Of a stretch of 32,000 nucleotides of DNA, positions 1-10,300 are shown one piece after another; position 1 is the stretch's first letter; each line of letters starts with the position of its first letter. The stretch is taken from positions 3,120,001-3,152,000 of the forward strand of contig NC_022349.1 of NCBI RefSeq assembly GCF_000354175.2. Reading direction: 5' to 3'. This DNA is from Vibrio alginolyticus NBRC 15630 = ATCC 17749. Lineage in GTDB: Bacteria; Pseudomonadota; Gammaproteobacteria; Enterobacterales; Vibrionaceae. The notes beneath the pieces were generated by a model that did no database searches, was not told where the DNA came from, and worked only from the letters and a program-made list of their open reading frames with translations. Both the position numbers and the translations under genes were made by a program.

Positions 1-445
<445 letters not shown>

Positions 446-586
446 TTATCTTGGAATTTGTGAGTTCGGTTAGAACAGACTTAAATAGATCGTCATAGAA
501 TACCTAAAGCTAGGGATCACAACAATAGCCAATCTGTACCCATGCGCCCTTAAGTGACGCAGGTAGGAGAAAGATGGAGGTCAGTT

Positions 587-1057
587 ATGCCTAAACGTAA
601 AACAGGTTATGAGGAAATGCTCGAGGATGTGATTGAAACCTTGAAGCACAGTCCGGAAGAAGTTAACAAAGCGATTGAGACGTCGGGCAAAGTGGTGGAT
701 GCTGCTAATGACTTGACCAAAGATGAATTGGCTTTAATCAAAGCGTACCTTAAAGCAGACTTAAAAGAGTTTTCAGAGAGTTACGAGGATAGCAAAAGCG
801 GCCCGTTTTACTTAACGATTGCGGACTCGATATGGCAAGGGCTGTTAGAGATTACTGACCGAACTAAAGTTGAGTGGGTTGAGTTGTTCGATGACTTAGA
901 GCATCAAGGGCTATATGAAGCAGGAGAGGTGATAGGCTTAGGCACTTTAGTCTGTGATGAATGTGGTCACAAGACAACGTATAACCACCCAACTGTAATC
1001 ATTCCGTGTATTAAATGTGGTCACAAAGGCTTTACTCGTCAGTCATTAAAGCCATAA
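587..1057 (+). CDS. ybeL: YbeL-like zinc-ribbon protein (DUF1451 family)
   Basis: The ORF track frame is 554-1057. I prefer the in-frame ATG at 587 (MPKRKTGYEEM...) because GGAGG at 576-580 sits 6 nt upstream. The C-terminus has two CxxC pairs (CDECGH...CIKCGH), consistent with a zinc ribbon. It is divergent from leuS, as ybeL is in E. coli. Confidence 0.75.
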   Translation: MPKRKTGYEEMLEDVIETLKHSPEEVNKAIETSGKVVDAANDLTKDELALIKAYLKADLKEFSESYEDSKSGPFYLTIADSIWQGLLEITDRTKVEWVELFDDLEHQGLYEAGEVIGLGTLVCDECGHKTTYNHPTVIIPCIKCGHKGFTRQSLKP

Positions 1058-1087
1058 ATGGCGCGTAACGACAGTATAATGCTATGA

Positions 1088-1116
1088 ATAAAAAGAGGCT
1101 TAGTCGCCTCTTTTTT
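1088..1116. terminator. Bidirectional rho-independent terminator between ybeL and lnt
   Basis: Stem AGAGGC (1094-1099) pairs with GCCTCT (1106-1111) around a 6-nt loop. An A-run lies on the left and a T-run (1111-1116) on the right, so it can work on either strand. Confidence 0.75.
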
Positions 1117-1140
1117 GTCTTTTCTACTTTCAAGCTGTTA

Positions 1141-2658
1141 TCAGCTCTGTTTTCTTCTTAAGCCGAGCGCCAGCGCTAAACTTAACCCAACCCAAATATA
1201 CAATGGCCAAGTACCAACGATTCGATATGGCGTTTGTCCATTGGTTGGGGTGAGCTCTGCGCGCAGTACTGCAGTTTCAAACTGCGGTACTTGCTCAACG
1301 ATTTTACCTTTGTGATCGGTTACCGCTGTTAATCCGTTGTTAGTCGAGCGGATGAGCGGTTTACCTAACTCTAAGGCACGCATACGGGCGATCTCCATAT
1401 GCTGAAGAGGACCGATAGAGTGACCAAACCATGCATCATTTGAAAGCGTTAGAATGAAGTCTGTTTCGTCAGTCACATTTTGACGCACTTGCTCATTAAA
1501 GATGATCTCATAGCAAAGCGCTGGTGCCATGTGCATGCCATTCGCAACGATGTTTGGCTGCACAAAAGCCCCACGGCTAAACGACGACATCGGTAGGTTA
1601 AAGAATGGCGCTAATGGGCGCAAAATATCTTCAAATGGTACAAACTCACCAAACGGTAGTAGGTGATGCTTATGGTAACGTTCGCTTAAATCGAAGCTGT
1701 AGTCACCGTATGGTGTGATGCCGAGGGACAGAATACTGTTGTAGAACTGTCGATCTTCAGCTTGGTTGACGACACCGGTGATGATTGCGCTGTTATTCAT
1801 TTTTGCAGCGCTGTCGATATTGCTCAAAAATGAAGGCACTTCAATTTCAAAAGCGGGAATTGCTGCTTCTGGCCAAACGATAATGTCAGCATCCCAGTTT
1901 TCACGAGTTAAGTCAGCGTACTTCATGATGGTTGGCCAGCGTTGACTTGGTAGCCACTTTAGGTTTTGGTCTACGTTACCTTGAATCAGCGCGAGCTTAG
2001 TCGTGTCTTCTGGTCGGGGTGTTACCCAATCGTAGTTGCGAATCCCAAAGCCAGTACTGAGTAGCACCGCAGGGATAATCACCATCAGCCACTGCTTATG
2101 AATCCATGCATAGGCTAACGCCCCTGCGCTGATAAGGATAAATAGAGTAAGCAGTTCTACGCCGCCAATTGGTGCAAAGCTTGCGAGTGGAGCATCTATC
2201 TGGCTATAGCCTAGCCATAACCAAGGGAAGCCAGTCATCACCCAACCACGTAACCAATCACTGATCAGCCATAAAGCAGGTGCAGCGAGAAGTGCTTTTG
2301 TGAGCGTAAATTGAGGAAACAGCTTGTTGTTGAGCCAAGCAAATAAGCCTGAATAAACAGCCAAGTAGGCAACAAGCAAGCCCATTAAAAATAAATTGGC
2401 AATGAGCGGCATACCGCCAAAACCGGAGATACTGACGTAAACCCAGCTAACGCCAGTTGCAAATTGACCTAACCCCCAAGCATAACCAATCCATAGTGCG
2501 CGTTTCGGAGTTTGGTTAGCAAGAAGAATCAGTAGAATTGCTGGGCTAAGAATGGCAATAGGCCACAGCTTGTAAGGAGCGAAAGCGAGTGTAGTAGAGG
2601 CGCCAACAAAAGCGGCCACTAAGGGCCGCTTAAGGCGATGAAAGAGTTCATTCATCAT
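1141..2658 (-). CDS. lnt: Apolipoprotein N-acyltransferase
   Basis: The ORF has multiple N-terminal transmembrane segments and a C-terminal carbon-nitrogen hydrolase domain, with [10 protein letters not shown] and the catalytic-Cys context [10 protein letters not shown]. The track start at 2679 is a TTG. I prefer the ATG at 2658 ([12 protein letters not shown]...). It is the last gene of the miaB..lnt operon, as in E. coli. Confidence 0.9.
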   Translation of the reverse strand: MMNELFHRLKRPLVAAFVGASTTLAFAPYKLWPIAILSPAILLILLANQTPKRALWIGYAWGLGQFATGVSWVYVSISGFGGMPLIANLFLMGLLVAYLAVYSGLFAWLNNKLFPQFTLTKALLAAPALWLISDWLRGWVMTGFPWLWLGYSQIDAPLASFAPIGGVELLTLFILISAGALAYAWIHKQWLMVIIPAVLLSTGFGIRNYDWVTPRPEDTTKLALIQGNVDQNLKWLPSQRWPTIMKYADLTRENWDADIIVWPEAAIPAFEIEVPSFLSNIDSAAKMNNSAIITGVVNQAEDRQFYNSILSLGITPYGDYSFDLSERYHKHHLLPFGEFVPFEDILRPLAPFFNLPMSSFSRGAFVQPNIVANGMHMAPALCYEIIFNEQVRQNVTDETDFILTLSNDAWFGHSIGPLQHMEIARMRALELGKPLIRSTNNGLTAVTDHKGKIVEQVPQFETAVLRAELTPTNGQTPYRIVGTWPLYIWVGLSLALALGLRRKQS

Positions 2659-2690
2659 TGTAATTTCTGAGATTCCCAATGGGTATCGCG

Positions 2691-3590
2691 TTACTCTTGA
2701 GTGGCTTCAACCAGGGTTTCTTCGTCTGGGATCGTCACTTGGAGTTGAATGACACGACGGTTATCGGCAGCGGTGACTTTGAAGTTGTAGCCTTCAATTT
2801 CAACCAGTTCACCACGAGAAGGTAAGTGACCAAAGGCAGTCATGACCATACCACCAACGGTATCAACTTCCTCATCGCTGAAGTTGGTTCCGAATGTCTC
2901 ATTAAACTCTTCGATGGTTGTCAGCGCTCTGACAGCAAACGTATGCTTGCTCAGCTTACGAATGTCCGTCTCTTCACTTTCATCGAATTCATCTTCAATA
3001 TCCCCGACGATTTCCTCAAGGATATCTTCAATGGTCACAAGACCAGAAACACCACCGAATTCATCGACAACAATGGCCATATGATAACGTTCTTCACGGA
3101 ATTCTTTCAGCAGTCGATCAACGCGTTTACTTTCCGGTACCACAACCGCTGGTCGAATGACTTCTTCGATATCAAATGGATTACTGCCTGAGCCTAAGTA
3201 TTTAAGTAAGTCCTTCGCTAGAAGTATGCCTTCCACATGGTCTTTATCTTCGCTGATCACAGGGTAGCGAGAGTGTTGAGCATCGGTAATCAAAGCAACC
3301 AAGGTATCAAGGTCGTGAGTACGCTCAACTGTAACCATTTGCGAACGCGGGATCATAATGTCACGCACACGCATTTCGGAGATTTCCATAACACCTTCAA
3401 GCATATCGCGAGTGTCATGGTCAATCAGGTCGTTGACTTCAGAGTCGCGGATAACATCCACAAGCTCTTGGCGATCTTTTGGTTCGCCCTGAAATAGTTG
3501 ACCTAGACGTTCAAAGAAGGACTTTCTACTCGGACCTTCTGCCTTTTCTTTCTTATCTTCGTTAGAAGAGGGAGAATTATCTTCGTTCAT
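2691..3590 (-). CDS. corC: Magnesium/cobalt efflux-associated protein CorC (YbeX); CBS-pair plus CorC/HlyC C-terminal domain
   Basis: 299-aa ORF with an acidic N-terminus, a CBS-pair region ([10 protein letters not shown]..., [11 protein letters not shown]) and a C-terminal transporter-associated domain. It sits between ybeY and lnt, the conserved position. Confidence 0.9.
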   Translation of the reverse strand: MNEDNSPSSNEDKKEKAEGPSRKSFFERLGQLFQGEPKDRQELVDVIRDSEVNDLIDHDTRDMLEGVMEISEMRVRDIMIPRSQMVTVERTHDLDTLVALITDAQHSRYPVISEDKDHVEGILLAKDLLKYLGSGSNPFDIEEVIRPAVVVPESKRVDRLLKEFREERYHMAIVVDEFGGVSGLVTIEDILEEIVGDIEDEFDESEETDIRKLSKHTFAVRALTTIEEFNETFGTNFSDEEVDTVGGMVMTAFGHLPSRGELVEIEGYNFKVTAADNRRVIQLQVTIPDEETLVEATQE

Positions 3591-3695
3591 TGTTTCTCAA
3601 TTAAGTAACGCTATCAGAAGTGTGATAGCACACATAGAGAGGCGAACACGAGAGTCATTTAGGTGGTTCGCCTTTCCCTGTCGAGTGGCCAATAG

Positions 3696-4160
3696 CTACT
3701 CTTTTTCAGCAATGTAAGGATCTTCATAACCCATACCTTGCATGATTTCGGTTTCGAGGGACTCCATCTCTTCGGCTTCGTCATCCTCTATATGATCATA
3801 ACCTAGCAGATGCAAGCTGCCATGTACAACCATATGCGCCCAATGTGCTAGCAGAGGCTTGCTCTGTTCAACCGCCTCTTTTTCAACAACTTGGCGGCAA
3901 ATAATCAAATCACCAAGTAAATCTATTTCCATACCAGGAGGTGCTTCAAATGGAAACGACAACACATTAGTTGGTTTATCTTTGCCGCGATACTCATGGT
4001 TGAGCGTATGACTTTCTTGTTCATCAACAATACGAATGGTGACTTCGGCTTGTGGCTGGAAGAGAGGAATTGTCTTATCTAGCCACAATTGGAAATCTTG
4101 CTGCGAAGGCAAACCTTCTTCATTTTCGACTGCCAGTTGCAGATCAAGTTCAATCACCAT
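3696..4160 (-). CDS. ybeY: Endoribonuclease YbeY (16S rRNA 3'-end maturation)
   Basis: 154-aa ORF carrying the zinc-binding signature [11 protein letters not shown]. It begins 2 nt after the ybeZ stop. Confidence 0.93.
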   Translation of the reverse strand: MVIELDLQLAVENEEGLPSQQDFQLWLDKTIPLFQPQAEVTIRIVDEQESHTLNHEYRGKDKPTNVLSFPFEAPPGMEIDLLGDLIICRQVVEKEAVEQSKPLLAHWAHMVVHGSLHLLGYDHIEDDEAEEMESLETEIMQGMGYEDPYIAEKE

Positions 4161-4162
4161 GG

Positions 4163-5260
4163 TTATTCCTTAGTTGAAGCAACTTGTGCATTCAGTTCGG
4201 CTTTTGCTGCTTCTAGTAACTTCGCATCGCGTTCTTCACGACGGCGTTTCTCGAACTCTTTACGCTCTTTCTGGTCTTGCGCTTCCCACTTCTCGTACGC
4301 GTTAACGATACGAGCAACCACAGGGTGACGTACAACGTCGTCGGCTAAGAAGAAGTTAAAGCTGATGTCGTCAACTTCGCTTAGTACTTCAATAGCATGA
4401 CGAAGACCCGATTTCGCACCACGAGGTAAGTCAATCTGCGTGACATCACCAGTGATAACCGCGCGAGAGTTAAAACCAATACGCGTTAGGAACATCTTCA
4501 TCTGTTCAACTGTGGTGTTCTGACTCTCATCAAGAATGATAAAGGCGTCGTTTAGAGTACGACCACGCATGTAAGCAAGAGGAGCAACCTCAATCACGTT
4601 ACGTTCAATCAGCTTCTCTACTCGCTCAAAGCCCAGCATTTCAAATAGGGCGTCGTATAGCGGACGTAGGTATGGGTCGACTTTCTGGCTTAAATCACCA
4701 GGCAGGAAGCCCAATTTCTCACCAGCTTCAACCGCTGGACGAGTAAGTAGAATACGGCGGATCTCTTGGCGCTCTAGTGCGTCAACAGCTGCTGCTACAG
4801 CAAGGTAGGTTTTACCTGTACCAGCCGGGCCAATACCAAAAGAAATATCATGCGTGACCATGTTAACCAAGTACTGCGCTTGGTTTGGCGTACGTGGTTT
4901 GATCACACCTTTCTTGGTTTTGACGAAGACTTCTTTACCATGCTCGATGTTAGACTCAGTATTCTGCTCAAGAACACCAGACTCTTTGATCGCTAGATGG
5001 ATTTGCTCAGGCTCAATATCTGGGATCTCACCTCGTACAGGTGCGGTATCAACATATAGAGTTTTCAGGATATCCAGCGCAGCTGATGCGGTATGAGGTT
5101 TACCGACAATCGTAAAGTGGTCACTACGGTGGTTAATTTCAACGCCTAGACGACGTTCTAAATGCTTGATGTTGTCATCGAATGGACCGCACAGGCTAGC
5201 TAGTCGGCGGTTGTCTGAAGGTTCTAGGTTAATTTCTAGAGTTACGATTTTATTGCTCAA
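4163..5260 (-). CDS. ybeZ: PhoH-family ATPase YbeZ
   Basis: 365-aa ORF with Walker A GPAGTGKT and Walker [10 protein letters not shown]. It sits between miaB and ybeY as in enterobacteria. The C-terminus has a charged, coiled-coil-like extension ([26 protein letters not shown]). Confidence 0.9.
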   Translation of the reverse strand: MSNKIVTLEINLEPSDNRRLASLCGPFDDNIKHLERRLGVEINHRSDHFTIVGKPHTASAALDILKTLYVDTAPVRGEIPDIEPEQIHLAIKESGVLEQNTESNIEHGKEVFVKTKKGVIKPRTPNQAQYLVNMVTHDISFGIGPAGTGKTYLAVAAAVDALERQEIRRILLTRPAVEAGEKLGFLPGDLSQKVDPYLRPLYDALFEMLGFERVEKLIERNVIEVAPLAYMRGRTLNDAFIILDESQNTTVEQMKMFLTRIGFNSRAVITGDVTQIDLPRGAKSGLRHAIEVLSEVDDISFNFFLADDVVRHPVVARIVNAYEKWEAQDQKERKEFEKRRREERDAKLLEAAKAELNAQVASTKE

Positions 5261-5333
5261 TGTTGCCTCTCATTTTTTGCCACTTAGTGAGAGCCTGATA
5301 ACGACCAGGCTCTCTATGGCTATTTATACGAGC

Positions 5334-6758
5334 TTACGGCGTAAAAGTAGCTACACCCAGCTCATCTTCGCGACGTGTTTTCGCCATCATCTGCGTTGGG
5401 GAAATTACACTACGAAGATCCATGTCTTTTTCAGTACGTACTAGCTCACCACGCAGTGAGTTTGCAAATACGTCTACGATCTTCACATCAACGAACTGAC
5501 CAATTAGGTCTGCACTACCTTCAAAGTTTACTACACGGTTGTTTTCTGTACGAGCGCGTAGTTCCATTAGGTTTTTCTTCGAAGGACCTTCAACTAGAAC
5601 ACGTTGTTCTGTGCCAAGCATTAAGCGAGAGTAACGCATCGCTTGAGCATTGATAGTTTGCTGTAGTTCGTAAAGGCGCTCTTTCTTCACTTGTTCTGAC
5701 ACATCACAAGGATAATCCGCTGCTGGCGTACCTGGACGTGGAGAGAAAATAAAGCTGAAGCTCATGTCAAAGTCTACATCTTTGATTAGCTTCATGGTGT
5801 CTTGGAAGTCTTTGTCTGTCTCACCAGGGAAACCAACAATAAAGTCTGAACTGATTTGAATATCAGGACGAGCTTTACGCAGTTTACGGATGATCGATTT
5901 GTATTCGATAGCGGTGTGAGGGCGTTTCATCATCGTTAGGATACGGTCACTACCACTTTGCACAGGTAAGTGCAGGAAGCTCACAAGTTCTGGCGTATCT
6001 TCGTATACTGCGATGATGTCGTCTGTGAATTCTAACGGGTGGCTCGTCGTGAAACGAATACGGTCGATACCATCGATAGACGCAACCAAACGAAGCAGTT
6101 CTGCAAATGAACAGATCTCACCATCGTGCATAGGACCACGGTACGCGTTTACGTTTTGACCCAGAAGGTTTACTTCACGTACGCCTTGTTCAGCAAGTTG
6201 GGCGATTTCGAACAGTACGTCATCCATTGGACGGCTTACTTCTTCACCACGAGTGTACGGTACGACACAGTAAGTACAGTACTTAGAGCAGCCTTCCATA
6301 ATAGAAACGAATGCTGTCGCACCTTCAGCGCGAGGTTCAGGTAGGCGGTCGAATTTTTCGATCTCTGGGAACGAAATGTCCATAACTGGTGCATCATCGG
6401 ACTGAGATTGTTTGATCATCTCAGGTAGGCGGTGCAAAGTTTGTGGGCCAAAAATAACGTCAACGTATGGTGCACGTTCACGAATATGGTCACCTTCTTG
6501 CGTTGCTACACAACCACCTACACCGATAACTACGCCAGGTTTTTTATCTTTTAGTGTTTTCCAGCGGCCTAGCTGGTGGAAAACTTTCTCTTGCGCTTTT
6601 TCACGGATCGAACAGGTGTTAAGTAGAAGTACGTCTGCTTCCTCTGGCTCTTCCGTCAGCTCGTAGCCGTTTGCAGCATTAAGCAGGTCGGCCATTTTTG
6701 ATGAATCGTATTCGTTCATCTGGCAGCCCCAGGTTTTAATTAGCAGTTTCTTACTCAT
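5334..6758 (-). CDS. miaB: tRNA-i6A37 methylthiotransferase MiaB (radical SAM)
   Basis: 474-aa ORF. The N-terminal UPF0004 cysteines are present (WGCQMN, NTCSIR). The radical-SAM motif CSKYCTYC is present, and a C-terminal TRAM region follows. Confidence 0.95.
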   Translation of the reverse strand: MSKKLLIKTWGCQMNEYDSSKMADLLNAANGYELTEEPEEADVLLLNTCSIREKAQEKVFHQLGRWKTLKDKKPGVVIGVGGCVATQEGDHIRERAPYVDVIFGPQTLHRLPEMIKQSQSDDAPVMDISFPEIEKFDRLPEPRAEGATAFVSIMEGCSKYCTYCVVPYTRGEEVSRPMDDVLFEIAQLAEQGVREVNLLGQNVNAYRGPMHDGEICSFAELLRLVASIDGIDRIRFTTSHPLEFTDDIIAVYEDTPELVSFLHLPVQSGSDRILTMMKRPHTAIEYKSIIRKLRKARPDIQISSDFIVGFPGETDKDFQDTMKLIKDVDFDMSFSFIFSPRPGTPAADYPCDVSEQVKKERLYELQQTINAQAMRYSRLMLGTEQRVLVEGPSKKNLMELRARTENNRVVNFEGSADLIGQFVDVKIVDVFANSLRGELVRTEKDMDLRSVISPTQMMAKTRREDELGVATFTP

Positions 6759-7015
6759 CTCACTTTCGCTCGTTCAGTTGTACTTAAATCGGAGAGCTAT
6801 TGCTCAAATTATAGCCGCCATCACGGCGGTAAGCGGCGTATTGTACTGCTTTAAAAAGCACCTGACTAGTGATCTAGCTAATTCTCTGCAAAGCCTGATG
6901 AAATCTAGTTTTTCGCCCTATGCAGAACAAGGTTTTTTGTTAAACAATTTTGTAAAAATAGCCATGGAAAGTACAATAAAAAACGCCAATTAATCAGCAC
7001 GATGAAGAGTGAAAA

Positions 7016-8194
7016 ATGAACAAGTATGACATCGCCGTGATCGGTGGCGGTATGGTTGGGGCAGCCGTCGCTGTTGGATTTGCCAAGCAGGGCAGAAGCG
7101 TTGTCTTGGTTGAAGGTACAAAACCTAAAGTTTTTGATGCCGCTCAGGCGATGGATATTCGTGTATCTGCAATCTCGCACCAGTCGGTGGAGTTACTTGA
7201 TTCACTCGGAGCATGGTCAGAGATCAAGAGCATGCGAGTTTGTCCTTATCGTCGCTTAGAAACTTGGGAGCACCCAGAGTGCCGTACTCGTTTTCACTCT
7301 GATGAATTGTCATTGGATCAGCTAGGTTACATCGTTGAAAATCGCCTAATCCAATTAGGTCTTTGGCAAGTCTTCTCTCAGTATGAAAATCTAACCGTGA
7401 TGTGTCCTGAGCGATTAAAAGCCATTGAGTTTGCAGATGTAAACCTTGTGACACTAGAAAGTGGGGAGCAGTTTGAAGCTAACTGGGTGATTGGTGCTGA
7501 TGGTGCAAACTCTAAAGTTCGTCAATTGGCTGGAATTGGTGTAACTGCGTGGGATTACCGACAACACTGCATGTTGATTAACGTGAAAACAGAATTGCCT
7601 CAGCAAGATATTACTTGGCAACAATTTACACCTTCAGGCCCACGTTCATTTTTACCTCTGTGCTCTTTGAGTAACGACGATGGTCAAGTAGTAGGCCAAG
7701 GTTCTTTGGTTTGGTATGACTCGCCTAAACGTATTAAACAACTGTGTGCGATGGGTAAACCTCAACTAAGGGAAGAAATCTTACGTCATTTCCCTGCTGA
7801 ATTAGGCGATATTGAAGTTTTACAGTTTGGCTCATTCCCACTCACTCGTCGTCATGCGCAAAGCTACTCAAGCAAAAATTGCGTGTTAGTGGGTGACTCT
7901 GCTCATACGATCAACCCGCTTGCAGGGCAAGGGGTAAACTTAGGCTTCAAAGATGTAGACGTTCTCCTTTCGGTAACAGAACACCAAGAAAAGCTGGAAG
8001 ATACCTTACTCGCGAAATACGAACGCGCACGTCGACCTGACAACTTACTCATGCAGACGGGCATGGACTTTTTCTATAAAGGTTTTAGCAACGATCTTGG
8101 GCCATTGAAGTTCGTACGTAATGCTGCATTGAAGCTTGCTGAAAACTCAGGGCCAATTAAGGCTCAAGTACTGAAATACGCGTTAGGTATGTAG
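7016..8194 (+). CDS. ubiF: FAD-dependent ubiquinone-biosynthesis hydroxylase, UbiF-like
   Basis: 392-aa ORF with the GxGxxG motif (IGGGMVGAA), DGANS, and GDSAHTINPLAGQGVNLG. It can be aligned by eye with E. coli UbiF (CPYRRLETWE, WQQFTPSGPRSFLPL, ALKYALGM end). It has the same miaB-divergent, tRNA-cluster-adjacent position as E. coli ubiF. The UbiF versus UbiH/UbiI call rests on synteny and my remembered alignment. Confidence 0.8.
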   Translation: MNKYDIAVIGGGMVGAAVAVGFAKQGRSVVLVEGTKPKVFDAAQAMDIRVSAISHQSVELLDSLGAWSEIKSMRVCPYRRLETWEHPECRTRFHSDELSLDQLGYIVENRLIQLGLWQVFSQYENLTVMCPERLKAIEFADVNLVTLESGEQFEANWVIGADGANSKVRQLAGIGVTAWDYRQHCMLINVKTELPQQDITWQQFTPSGPRSFLPLCSLSNDDGQVVGQGSLVWYDSPKRIKQLCAMGKPQLREEILRHFPAELGDIEVLQFGSFPLTRRHAQSYSSKNCVLVGDSAHTINPLAGQGVNLGFKDVDVLLSVTEHQEKLEDTLLAKYERARRPDNLLMQTGMDFFYKGFSNDLGPLKFVRNAALKLAENSGPIKAQVLKYALGM

Positions 8195-8223
8195 TAAGCT
8201 ACTCAAATCACAGATAGAAAAAA

Positions 8224-8247
8224 AGCGAGCCATGAGCTCGCTTTTTT
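8224..8247 (+). terminator. Rho-independent terminator of ubiF
   Basis: AGCGAGC-CATG-AGCTCGCT hairpin (8224-8241) followed by TTTTTT (8242-8247). Confidence 0.75.
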
Positions 8248-8282
8248 AATTCGGCAAATCTAATGATTTCCCGAGTCCAGAA

Positions 8283-8319
8283 CCAAAAAAAGAAAAAACC
8301 CAGCAAAGTCATGCTGGGT
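8283..8319 (-). terminator. Rho-independent terminator of the tRNA operon
   Basis: An 8-bp stem ACCCAGCA (8298-8305) pairs with TGCTGGGT (8312-8319). On the minus strand it is followed by a long U-tract (complement of the A-run 8283-8298). It starts 11 nt past the last tRNA. Confidence 0.8.
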
Positions 8320-8329
8320 TTTCCGATAA

Positions 8330-8414
8330 TGGTGCGGAAGGAGAGACTTGAACTCTCACACCTTGCGGCGCCAGAACCTAAATCTGGTGCGTCTACCAAT
8401 TCCGCCACTTCCGC
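8330..8414 (-). tRNA. tRNA-Leu (anticodon UAG), copy 3 in transcription order
   Basis: The reverse complement is GCGGAAGTGGCGGAATTGGTAGACGCACCAGATTTAGGTTCTGGCGCCGCAAGGTGTGAGAGTTCAAGTCTCTCCTTCCGCACCA. It folds as a cloverleaf with a long variable arm, anticodon loop TTTAGGT and an encoded CCA. It closely resembles E. coli leuW. Confidence 0.95.
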
Positions 8415-8467
8415 AACTTAATCTATAGATATCAAGATAATTGGTAAAATCTCAATATCGTTGTATA

Positions 8468-8542
8468 TGGCAGGGCTACCTGGATTCGAACCAGGGAATG
8501 GCGGCATCAAAAGCCGCTGCCTTACCGCTTGGCGATAGCCCT
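8468..8542 (-). tRNA. tRNA-Gln (anticodon UUG)
   Basis: The reverse complement is AGGGCTATCGCCAAGCGGTAAGGCAGCGGCTTTTGATGCCGCCATTCCCTGGTTCGAATCCAGGTAGCCCTGCCA. The acceptor stem AGGGCTA pairs with TAGCCCT. The anticodon stem GCGGC/GCCGC carries loop TTTTGAT. CCA is encoded. Confidence 0.93.
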
Positions 8543-8592
8543 ACAGCGTAAATAGTCAAAGACTACTTAACCTCTCTTATCGAGAGAAAGAA

Positions 8593-8677
8593 TGGTGCGG
8601 AAGGAGAGACTTGAACTCTCACACCTTACGGCGCCAGAACCTAAATCTGGTGCGTCTACCAATTCCGCCACTTCCGC
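8593..8677 (-). tRNA. tRNA-Leu (anticodon UAG), copy 2; differs from the other two copies by one base in the variable arm
   Basis: Same 85-nt sequence as 8330-8414, except plus-strand CCTTACGG instead of CCTTGCGG (tRNA sense CCGTAAGG versus CCGCAAGG). Confidence 0.95.
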
Positions 8678-8706
8678 GTATTCTCATAGTGTAGATTAAT
8701 TTAAGA

Positions 8707-8791
8707 TGGTGCGGAAGGAGAGACTTGAACTCTCACACCTTGCGGCGCCAGAACCTAAATCTGGTGCGTCTACCAATTCCGCCACTTCCGC
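8707..8791 (-). tRNA. tRNA-Leu (anticodon UAG), copy 1
   Basis: 85 nt, identical by eye to 8330-8414. Confidence 0.95.
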
Positions 8792-8837
8792 ATCTTAAAT
8801 CTACGTGACTGATAGCTTATGCTAGCAATCCAATCAA

Positions 8838-8914
8838 TGGTGGCTACGACGGGATTCGAACCTGTGACCCCATCATTATGAGTGATGTGCTCTAACCAGC
8901 TGAGCTACGTAGCC
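8838..8914 (-). tRNA. Elongator tRNA-Met (anticodon CAU)
   Basis: The reverse complement is GGCTACGTAGCTCAGCTGGTTAGAGCACATCACTCATAATGATGGGGTCACAGGTTCGAATCCCGTCGTAGCCACCA. This is essentially the E. coli metT/metU sequence. The anticodon loop is CTCATAA. Confidence 0.95.
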
Positions 8915-8970
8915 AAAACCATATTTTTTGTTCTCAACGCTTTGTTGCCTTGTCGTTGGGAACGGCGCGC

Positions 8971-8999
8971 ATTATGCGAAGTTGAGTGAGATCCGTCAA
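8971..8999 (-). promoter_or_regulatory. Sigma-70 promoter of the tRNA operon (stable-RNA type)
   Basis: On the minus strand: TTGACG (complement 8999-8994), a 17-nt spacer, then CATAAT (complement 8976-8971). A GC-rich discriminator GCGCGCC follows. An A/T-rich UP-like tract (AAATTTATTAAAAAAAAC) lies directly upstream. The predicted start is about 50 nt before tRNA-Met. Confidence 0.65.
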
Positions 9000-9133
9000 C
9001 AGTTTTTTTTAATAAATTTCGGAAAAAACCTCGTTCGCTTCCTTTTTAAACAAAGAGGCGTGTTTATGATCTAAAACTGGAAATAAATTAGCTTGCAGTT
9101 GCGTAATTTATTTTTGTTCATTTACTTAAGGTA

Positions 9134-9163
9134 TTAAAAAAGCCAGCTTAACAGCTGGCTTTT
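9134..9163 (-). terminator. Rho-independent terminator of ychF
   Basis: AGCCAGC-TTAAC-AGCTGGCT hairpin (9141-9160). On the minus strand it is followed by a U-tract (complement of AAAAAA 9135-9140). It lies about 35 nt past the ychF stop. Confidence 0.75.
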
Positions 9164-9198
9164 AGTGTAAATGAAGTGTTTAGAATTCATTCATTTAA

Positions 9199-10290
9199 TT
9201 AAACATTGAAGCGGAAGTGTACAACATCGCCATCTTTTACGATGTAGTCTTTACCTTCTAGACGCCATTTACCTGCGTCTTTTGCGCCATTTTCACCATT
9301 GAATTGGATGAAATCGTCGTAACCAACTACTTCTGCACGAATAAAGCCTTTCTCGAAGTCAGTGTGGATCTTACCTGCCGCCTGAGGCGCAGTTGCACCA
9401 ACAGGGATTGTCCAAGCACGTACTTCTTTAACACCTGCTGTGAAGTAGGTGTGTAGAGTCAGTAGTTCGTAACCAGAGCGAATTACACGGTTCAGGCCCG
9501 GCTCTTCGATCCCCATATCTGCTAGGAATTCTTCGCGATCTTCATCTTCTAGTTCAGATAGTTCAGATTCGATAGCTGCACATACAGGTACAACGACATT
9601 GTTTTCTTTTTCTGCGAACTCACGAACCGCATCTAGATATGGGTTATTTTCGAAGCCATCTTCGTTTACGTTTGCAATGTACATAGTTGGCTTCAGTGTT
9701 AGGAAGTTTAGGTAGCCGATTGCTGCTAACTCTTCTTTAGATAGCTCAACTGTGCGTGCCATGCCGCCTTCAGTTAGTACTGGTAACAGTTTTTCTAGTA
9801 CGGTTAGTTCAAATTTTGCGTCTTTATCGCCGCCTTTTGCCTTCTTCGCGTTACGTTGAATCGCTCGCTCACAAGAATCAAGGTCAGCCATTGCAAGTTC
9901 AAGGTTGATCACTTCGATATCTTCGATAGGTGAAACTTTACCTGAAACGTGAACAATGTTTTCGTTTTCAAAACAGCGTACAACGTGGCCAATCGCGTCT
10001 GTTTCACGGATGTTAGCTAGGAATTTGTTACCTAAACCTTCACCACGTGATGCACCAGCAACAAGACCAGCGATGTCCACGAACTCCATCGTCGTTGGAA
10101 GAACTCTCTGTGGGTTAACGATCTTAGCTAGTGCGTCTAGACGTAGATCTGGCACAGGAACCACACCAGTGTTTGGTTCAATGGTACAGAACGGGAAGTT
10201 TGCTGCTTCGATACCCGCTTTAGTTAGTGCGTTGAACAGAGTTGATTTACCTACGTTAGGTAGACCAACGATGCCACATTTAAAACCCAT
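9199..10290 (-). CDS. ychF: Ribosome-binding ATPase YchF (Obg-like)
   Basis: The track ORF is 383 aa and its 5' extension overlaps the end of pth. I place the start at the ATG at 10290 ([23 protein letters not shown], which holds the G1 motif), giving 363 aa. That start is 10 nt downstream of the pth stop. Confidence 0.93.
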   Translation of the reverse strand: MGFKCGIVGLPNVGKSTLFNALTKAGIEAANFPFCTIEPNTGVVPVPDLRLDALAKIVNPQRVLPTTMEFVDIAGLVAGASRGEGLGNKFLANIRETDAIGHVVRCFENENIVHVSGKVSPIEDIEVINLELAMADLDSCERAIQRNAKKAKGGDKDAKFELTVLEKLLPVLTEGGMARTVELSKEELAAIGYLNFLTLKPTMYIANVNEDGFENNPYLDAVREFAEKENNVVVPVCAAIESELSELEDEDREEFLADMGIEEPGLNRVIRSGYELLTLHTYFTAGVKEVRAWTIPVGATAPQAAGKIHTDFEKGFIRAEVVGYDDFIQFNGENGAKDAGKWRLEGKDYIVKDGDVVHFRFNV

Positions 10291-10300
10291 GATAGTAACC

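Noticed and set aside
6778-6993. 71-aa plus-strand ORF in the miaB-ubiF intergenic region
   Set aside because: It has a non-ATG start and no SD. It occupies the divergent promoter region and has no recognisable protein features.
8208-8408. 66-aa minus-strand ORF (MAELVDAPDLGSGAARCESSSLSF...) from the six-frame track
   Set aside because: It is the translation of tRNA-Leu(UAG) plus its terminator region. This is a well-known type of spurious ORF overlapping a tRNA gene.
8330-8791. Three near-identical 85-nt repeats separated by different spacers, superficially array-like
   Set aside because: The repeats are complete tRNA-Leu genes with cloverleaf structure and encoded CCA. The spacing is irregular (263 and 114 bp starts apart) and a tRNA-Gln lies between two of them. 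This is not a CRISPR or other repeat array.
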